From assembly GCA_963786955.1 (NCBI GenBank), contig CAWBAT010000005.1:1184001-1248000 (forward strand): a DNA stretch of 64,000 nucleotides. The letters are read 5' to 3'. The position numbers and the translations under genes are program-made. The notes under the pieces are model-generated. The model saw only the letters and a program-made list of their open reading frames with translations, was not told the DNA's origin and made no database searches. Shown here piece after piece: positions 62,897 through 64,000 of this stretch (its first letter is position 1; every line of letters begins with the position of its first letter). Origin of the DNA: an uncultured Acidimicrobiia bacterium (GTDB lineage Bacteria > Acidobacteriota > Terriglobia > Versatilivoradales > Versatilivoraceae).

Positions 62897-63137
62897 TACC
62901 CTTTTCTCTGAATTTTCTCTCTCCCCCGCTCTCCTCGGGTTTCCGATATTACCCCTCGACATTTCGCCGATATGGAATAGGGATTCCATTTTCAAGAAAT
63001 TATATTCCTTACATTTCTAAGTGGAAATTTATTTCATACTTGAAGTAAACGATTTAATGACATATATATTTCATTACAGATAGTTGATTTAAAAGAGGAT
63101 ACAAATGTAATGAGAAATTTTTTGCATTTCCCCAGCA

Positions 63138-63154
63138 TTGGACACTTCGTTGCA
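63138..63154 (+). promoter_or_regulatory. Putative sigma54 (-24/-12) promoter of the activator gene
   Basis: TTGGACACTTCGTTGCA with GG-N10-GC spacing, downstream of an AT-rich tract. Confidence 0.6.
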
Positions 63155-63228
63155 ATATCCTCTTCCGTTGGCAGCAAGGCAATACAATTCTTTTTCAAAG
63201 GGCGACGGGTTGGCCCGGTGAGGCAAAT

Positions 63229-64000
63229 ATGGAAAGTGCGGTTTCAGTGCATCCAATATCAGCAGAAGCCGTTAATATAATTTCGCCATTTCCTCTGAAC
63301 GCCTCAGATAGACCTCCACTTCTCTTCGGTTGTAGCGAGAAGATGAGAGAGGTTCAGAGGATCATCGATCAAGTTGCGGATACCGACATCACCGTCTTGA
63401 TTCGTGGGGAAAGTGGCACTGGTAAGGAGCTAGTAGCTCGGGAACTCTGTATTCGTTCGGCCAGACGGGATAAACCCTTTGTTAAGGTCAATTGTGCAGC
63501 TATCCCTTCCGAATTATTGGAGAGTGAGCTTTTCGGGTTTGAAAAAGGCTCCTTTACGGGGGCGATATCAAGAAAGCCTGGGAAATTTGAGTTTGCCAAT
63601 CACGGGACGATTTTCCTCGACGAGATCAGCGAAATGCATCCCACCTTACAGGCCAAGCTCCTGCATGTTCTTCAAGATCGAGAGTTTAGTCGGCTAGGGG
63701 GGGATGAGGATGTCAGCGTGGATGTACGCGTAATCACTGCCACGAATCGGCAGATCGAAAAAGAGCTGCAGAACGGTACATTCCGGGAAGATCTCTATTA
63801 TCGGATCAATGTGGTCAGCATTCATCTCCCTCCTCTTCGGGAACGCAAGGAAGATATTGCAGAGCTTTCAGATTACTTCCTGAGAAAGTATTCATCAATT
63901 TTCGACAAGAGATATCAGGCTCTCTCAACATCGACCCAAAATGCCTTATTTGCTTATAACTGGCCGGGGAATGTCAGAGAGCTCGAGAATCTGGTCAAGA
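63229..64000 (+). CDS. Sigma54-dependent transcriptional activator (bEBP) without an N-terminal sensory domain; runs off the window
   Basis: Manual translation gives GESGTGKE, VNCAAIP, ESELFGFEKGSFTGA, FLDEI, FREDLYYRI, WPGNVRELEN; only ~30 aa precede the AAA+ domain. Confidence 0.93.
   Translation, partial: MESAVSVHPISAEAVNIISPFPLNASDRPPLLFGCSEKMREVQRIIDQVADTDITVLIRGESGTGKELVARELCIRSARRDKPFVKVNCAAIPSELLESELFGFEKGSFTGAISRKPGKFEFANHGTIFLDEISEMHPTLQAKLLHVLQDREFSRLGGDEDVSVDVRVITATNRQIEKELQNGTFREDLYYRINVVSIHLPPLRERKEDIAELSDYFLRKYSSIFDKRYQALSTSTQNALFAYNWPGNVRELENLVK

Noticed and set aside
1-64000. tRNA, rRNA, prophage, intact transposase or recognisable defence genes
   Set aside because: None recognised by eye; a tRNAscan/Rfam run would be needed to exclude small RNAs formally

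Overview
A ~50% GC bacterial chromosomal segment. Gene content and order suggest an Acidobacteriota-like organism, but this is inference. From left to right it carries: the end of an A2-type cytochrome c oxidase operon (subunits I, III, IV); a nucleotide-sugar operon (WbpB-WbpD fusion, WbpI/WecB, WbpE, two ArnA/UXS-like SDRs, a GT2); a TlpA/Cys-rich/TPR/YHS group; gdh; pyrR-pyrB-pyrC; and a long housekeeping run (glnE, pgeF, acpS, mtaB, SurA-like PPIase, ubiE/menG, rarA, trmH, tsaC, ydcF, ABC SBP, anmK, mutS, tsaB, rimI, clpS, brx, tatA, rsbU-like, rpiB, hpt, accD, folC, C26 hydrolase, MFS). Next come a divergent sulfate-assimilation locus (cysH-cysD-cysN / rrf2-cysK) and an accessory region: a mosaic Fn3 protein, a decayed IS630 fused to a thioesterase pseudogene, an adenylation enzyme-ACP-GNAT operon, PilZ and a sigma54 activator. 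Many essential genes between ~17 and 35 kb, and a few elsewhere, are split by single-base indels. These are most likely long-read consensus errors, so the coordinates of those genes are approximate. The most interesting observations are: (1) both the CymR-like Rrf2 protein (-IMYYI) and CysN (-DVDYSI) end in CysK-docking-type C-terminal Ile tails, and two mirror-image sigma70 promoters each carry an identical 11-bp box 16 nt after the -10; (2) the stand-alone adenylation-ACP-GNAT(-TE) acyl-transfer operon; (3) an SDR paralog pair in which one copy has lost the catalytic Tyr; (4) an IS630-type MITE carrying a GTAG-REP doublet; and (5) an unexplained 113-nt rod-like structure.
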